Shown here piece after piece: positions 56,825-64,000 of a DNA stretch of 64,000 bases (its first letter is position 1; the number at the start of each line of letters is the position of its first letter). Below the pieces are notes generated by a model that was not told where the DNA came from, did no database searches, and worked only from the letters and a program-made list of their open reading frames with translations. A program made the position numbers and the translations under genes. The stretch is from the human T2T-CHM13v2.0 reference genome, Homo sapiens, in NCBI RefSeq assembly GCF_009914755.1, contig NC_060942.1; one strand, given 5' to 3'.

Positions 56825-59479
56825 AGACCTAGAGCTTCCTTCTCTGTTTCTCCCCTCATGGAAGTTCTGGTCACTTCCTCCTGCTTCTCCCCACCACCGT
56901 CTGCCATCGGCCACACTCAGTTACTCCTGAGCAGTTCTAAGGCACACCTTTGGGCTCCATTGGCAGTTGGCGTGGGGGGAAATATTTTAAGTCAAGGCCA
57001 AAAGAAACAGCTCTTTGCATCTGGCCTGTGGGTCATGAGGAGACTCACAGCTATCCCCAGCTCACTAGAAAGATTTGATCCCCCAGGGCCACTGAGCGTT
57101 CCCATTTGACCTTCTCTTTGCGTCTCCCCTTCAAGAGTGGAGGGGGGCTCCAGCCACCAGGCTCATCCCTGATGCAAGAGTGGGTGAGAGAATGGAATTG
57201 AGCCCAGCCCAACTTGCCGTATGTGAATATCATTCCTTAAGTGGGTGGGGAGATCCAAGGTCTCCACAGCCCCTGCCTACAGTTCCTTCTGGAAAACAAC
57301 CTTCTGGGTCATGGAACACTTCCTGTGTTTAGCTAATCTCACTTTTGCTGTGAGGAGGAAGTTTCTTTTCTTCTGCTTATAGAGAGGTGATGAGATGATG
57401 GACATGGGTCTGTATTTACTTCCCTTGACTCGTTGTTTTGTTTTCCACTACAAAAATAGCTTTCAGAAAGAAAAAGGGCTACATAATACAGGGGGGATGA
57501 AAGAAGCTCAGATGCTGTGTAAAATGCAGAACAATAACAGCTCCTGGAATGTTACTGATGCTTCTGCCATTCCAGCTGCTGCCGCTGAGCTGTCACAAGA
57601 ATCAGGAGAGCCTCCTCAATGCCAGTACCGCGGGAGTGCTTGCTGCTAACCACTATTGTTACCTAAGTGACTCCTTGTGAGGAGCAGAAACCATCTTCCC
57701 TATTTCACTAGTGGGGCGAATGAGGGCTACAACATTTAGGAACCACATCCACGGCTCGTGTCAGAGCTGAAATTAGAGATACATCTTTCTTATCACAAAA
57801 CCCAGGTTGGTAATTTCCATGCTAGAATGCTACCAATTCACTTTATTAAACACAGGATTTTGTAAAGTATGCATACCGCTCAAAACTCTTGAAACCCTTT
57901 CTAACACTAACAGTCAATACAGGTAATATATATAGTAAATCCATGGATTCCCATTTTAAATCCGTATCCTATATTACTTCATAGCATCCTCAGAGACCAT
58001 GAGATGCAGAATGCCTATGTAAAAATTCTGCAATGAACCATTCATTTTCGATTCCACATTCCTATGATGAATAAGTGGTATGCATGGGATATGTAAGTAC
58101 AATTAGCATTCATGGTTTAATCTTCCTTCACTGATAAAACATGCAATTGTCCAATCCTGTGATAAGATTTTTTTAAATTTGGGAACATTTTACTGTGTTG
58201 TCAGAGACAACCTCTCAGAACTGGTATTATTTTGTTCTCAGTTCCTGTTTGTACAAAACTTGACACATATGAGCAAGTCTGATGTACCTGCACAAGGAAT
58301 ATATGCATATTTTAAAAGTTGCTAGCATATTGAAAGAGGAGGTAGGAGGGCGGGAGATAACCCCGAGAAATCTGCAGAAGGGGGAATTTAATCCCACAAA
58401 GACACCAGGAAGGAGAGCAGGAGACCAAGCCCCACCCTGACTTTCCACAGGGGCTTGGATGAGCTCCCGAGGGCAGGCGCTCGCACAGCCTGAGTCTCAA
58501 ACACACCATGCTCTTTTCCTCTGCGAGTTGCTAACCAGCGATGTTCAGGGATGTAATCATATCAGGGCCTCAGCTACTCCCACATGTGAAAGAGCTTCCC
58601 TGGCAAACGCTTGGTTTGAATCAAGCCAGCTTGACGGAGCTGCTGCTGTGAAGAGCTCAGAGAAATTTGGCAGAAATTCCGGGAACAGTTTTCAGTTCTC
58701 TTTAAGAGAAACACTCAGTGTGAATCACACAGCGTGATGTACATTTGGACAATTTTACCTTCTTGTATTTTTCAGAGCAGTTTCAAAGTTGAATATCAAT
58801 TATATCTAAAACAATGTTTCCCAGTGGGTGTAGCTTCTGGATGGAAAGCACGGAGTTTTCTTATGTTGGTTGGTAGTAAATAGTGTGGAGAGGCCTCACT
58901 CAGGGTGAATTCCGGCCATGTCCCCATTATTACAGCACTGTGCACCAGCAGTGTTGGTCCTGGCAGTGTGGCGTGGCCACATGTGTCCATTTCAGTCCTG
59001 CCAGGTTCTCTGATTTTCTGTTCACTGCTGCCATGTCGATTGCCCATTGAAAGCCTGTACTGTGTTTGCAAATGCAAGCTGCCTCAAAGCTGGTAAGTAA
59101 TTTTCTTATGCAGAGGTTGATTTCACAAAAAGAAATGACACGATGAAAGCCAAAACAATTTCCTAATCCTCACGCTCTTTTTTCCTGTCTTTTATGGACA
59201 CAATAAATAGAATATCGACGTTGTTTACAAAGAATATTTACTCATTTGGTTAGTTAGCACTGAAAACAAATCATGTGGGGTTGATGAAATTTAGACTGTT
59301 ATCTAAAACTGGACACTTTTATTGTTATTATTATATTTGTCTTATCAATTTTATGTCAGTGTAAATCTAGCAGGATTTTGAGTTTTGTGTATGCAGAGGA
59401 CTTTCATCACCTACAGGAGCTGGCAACCTATGGATTTGATAAGTGGTTTGGCACATTGGTGTTTTTGCACTAAATATTA

Positions 59480-59860
59480 CAATCAATTCACCACATGTGT
59501 ATTGTTGTGTGCCATGTCCCAGGATTTGTGTTAAGGAATAAAGGCATTAAGAAGATGAATCCATTGGAGTTTCTGCCCTCAAGAGATCTGTAGTTTAATG
59601 AGGAGAGGAGTTTATAGATAGTCACAAAACAATCAAAGTAAGGTACTGCATACAGAGCTCAAAGAATAGGAAAATTATACACAAGGTGGAAAGGAATGCT
59701 GTGTGGGGAGTGGTCAGGAAAGTCTCCATAGAAAAATTGCATTAAGGATATTTCTTAAAGAATGGAAAGGTTTTGTAGGGCAGAGTTGGATCATTGAGAA
59801 ACTCACTGTGGTGGCAGGTATGTCATAAGCAAAGTTGAAGGGCTGCAAAACCATGACACA
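59480..59860 (-). mobile_element. L2 remnant
   Basis: caattcaccacatgtgtattg...gtgccatgtcccagg...tctgccctcaagagatctgtagtttaatgaggagag...gtggtcaggaaag. Confidence 0.55.
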
Positions 59861-61049
59861 GACTCAGTCCAAGAAACAATCCATCTACCTATTACAAGTC
59901 ACCCGGGGAAAAAGGAAAACAGGCTGATAAGGCAAAATGACACAGCATGCACCCTCCCCCTGTGAGTGTGTGAATACTGAAGCCTCACACTCGTGTGTCA
60001 TGTGGGTTACTTTTTTTTCAAAGCAACTTTTTGGGAATCCATTCCAAAATGGCCGAATAGGAATAGCTCCGGTCTGCAGCTTCCAGCCTGATCGACGCAG
60101 AAGACGAGTTATTTCTGCATTTCCAACTGAGGTACCTGGTTCATCTCACTGGGACTGGTTGAACAGTGGGTGCAGCCCACAGAGGGTAAGCTGAAGCAGG
60201 GCAGGGCATTGCTTCACCTGGGAAGCACAAGGGGTCGGGGGATTTCCCTTTCCTAGCCAAGGAAAGCTGTGACAGACTGTACCTGGAGGAATAGTACACT
60301 CCTGCCCAAATACTGTGCTTTTCCAATGGTCTTAGCAAATGGCACACCAGGAGATTATATCCCATGCATGGCTCCACAGGTCTCACACCCATGGAGCCTT
60401 GCTCACTGCTAGTGCAGCACTCTGAGATCGAACTGCGAGGTGGCTGCCTGGCTTGGGGAGGGACATCTGCCATTGCTGAGGCTTGAGTAGGTAAACAAAG
60501 AGGGTGGAACCAGGTGGAGCCCACCACAGCTCAACAAGGCCTGCCTGCCTCTGTAGACTCCACCACTGGGGGCAGGTCATAGCTGAACAAAAGGCAGCAG
60601 AAACCTTTACAGACATAAACGTCCCTTTCTGACAGCTCTGAAGAAAGCAGTGGTTCTCCAAGCATGGTGTTTGAGATCTGAGAACAGACAGACCACCTCC
60701 TCAAGTGGGTCCCTGACCCCCTGTGTAGCCTAACTGGGAGGCATCTCCCAGTAGGGGCCGACTTGACACCTCATACAGCTGAGTGCCCCTCTGGGACAAA
60801 GCTTCCAGCGGAAGGATCAGGCAGCAATATTTGCTGTTCTGCAGTCTCTGCTGGTGATACTCAGGCAAACAGGGTCTGGAGTGGACCTCCATCAAAATCC
60901 AATAGACCTGAAGATGAGGGACCTGACTGTTAGAGGAAAACTAACAAACAGAGAGGAATAGCATCAACATCAACAAAAAGGACATCCACACCAAAATCCC
61001 ATCTGTAAGTCACCAACATCAAAGACCAAAGGTAAATAAAACCACAAAG

Positions 61050-62076
61050 AGGGAGAGAAACCAGAGCAGAAAAGCTGAAAAATTCCAAAAACCAGAGCAC
61101 CTCTTCTCCTCCAAAGGATCGCAGCTCCTCACCAGCAACGGAACAAAGCTGGAGAGAGAATGACTTTGACAAGTTGACAGAAGTAGGCTTCAGAAGGTCG
61201 GTAATGACAGACTTCTCCTAGCTAAAGGAGGAAGTTTGAACCCATGGCAAGGAAGCTAAAAACCTTGAAAAAAGATTAGACGAATGGCTAATAAGAATAA
61301 ACAGTGTAGAGAAGACCTTAAATGACCAAATGGAGCTGAAAAACATGGCACGAGAACTACGTTATGCATGCACAAGCTTCAATAGCCAATCCGATCAAGT
61401 GGAAGAAAGGGTATCAGTGATTGAAGATCAAATTAATGAAATAAAGTGAGAAGAGAAGTTTAGAGAAAAAAGAGTAAAAAGAAACAAACAAAGCCTCCAA
61501 GAAATATGGGACTATGAGAAAAGACCAAATCTACATTTGATTGGTATACTTGAAAGTGACAGGGAGAATGGAACCAAGTTAGAAAACACTCCTCAGGATA
61601 TTATCCAGGAGAACTTCCCCAATCTAGCAAGGCAGGCCAACATTCAAATTCAGGAAATACAGAGAACACCACAAAGATACTCCTCGAGAAGAGCAACCCC
61701 AAAACACATAATTATCAGATTCAGCAAGGTTGAAAGGAAGGGAAAAATGTTAAATGCAGCCAGAGAGAAAGGTTGGGTTACCCACAAAGGGATGCCCATC
61801 AGACTAACAGCAGATTTCTCAGCAGAAACTCTACAAGCCAGAAAAGAGTGGGGGTCAATACTCAACATTCATAAAGAAAAGATTTTTCAATCCAGAATTT
61901 CATATCCAGCCAAACTAAGCTTCATAAATGAAAAGGAAATAAAATACTTTACAGACAAGCAAATGCTGAGAGATTTTGTCACCACCAGGCCTGCCTTACA
62001 AGAGCTCCTGAAGGAAGAACTAAACATGGAAAGGAACAACCAGTACCAGCCACTGCAAAAACATGCCAAATTGTAA
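61050..62076 (+). pseudogene. ORF1: L1 ORF1p, disrupted (start codon ATG mutated to AGG, internal stops)
   Basis: C-terminal 179-aa frame ...QENFPNLARQANIQIQEIQRTPQRY...QPLQKHAKL. Confidence 0.92.
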
Positions 62077-62139
62077 AGACTGGCAATGCTAGGAAAAAAC
62101 TGCATCAACTAACGGGCAAAATAACCAGCTAACATCACA

Positions 62140-64000
<1,861 letters not shown>

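Overview
This window is primate (human-like) genomic DNA, not microbial, and it appears to be intergenic or intronic. I find no credible cellular protein-coding gene, rRNA, tRNA or CRISPR array. Every long ORF in the track is either decayed LINE-1 ORF1/ORF2 or a spurious frame over repeats. Main contents: (1) a full-length, disabled L1PA6-like element (629-6775) inserted in an old L1MC/MD 3' end; (2) a 5'-truncated L1PA4/5 (8234-9126); (3) a second L1PA6/7-like element with an intact 5' end running off the right edge (60033-64000); (4) six near-complete Alus plus one Alu fragment; (5) an unusually dense set of LTRs: eight THE1/MST MaLR insertions including one with internal sequence, plus MLT1, LTR8, MER39, LTR40, MER4, LTR19, MER52, LTR32-like and MER51; (6) hAT DNA transposons, L2/old L1 remnants and microsatellites. 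I cannot support a new biological system here. The most interesting signals are mechanistic scars and candidate regulatory elements. These are an AluSc-tail/full-length-L1 chimera enclosed by a single 16-bp TSD, a 118-bp locally templated insertion copied from one LTR junction into another LTR 2.7 kb away, an AluS/AluY recombinant marking a probable deletion, a 235-bp dispersed duplication of apparently unique DNA, a duplicated LTR-LTR junction, a microsatellite acquiring 124-bp higher-order structure, clustered DUX4 sites in THE1 LTRs, a PBX/MEIS motif cluster, and a candidate lncRNA exon. Repeat subfamily names come from my recall of consensus sequences and should be confirmed with RepeatMasker/Dfam.
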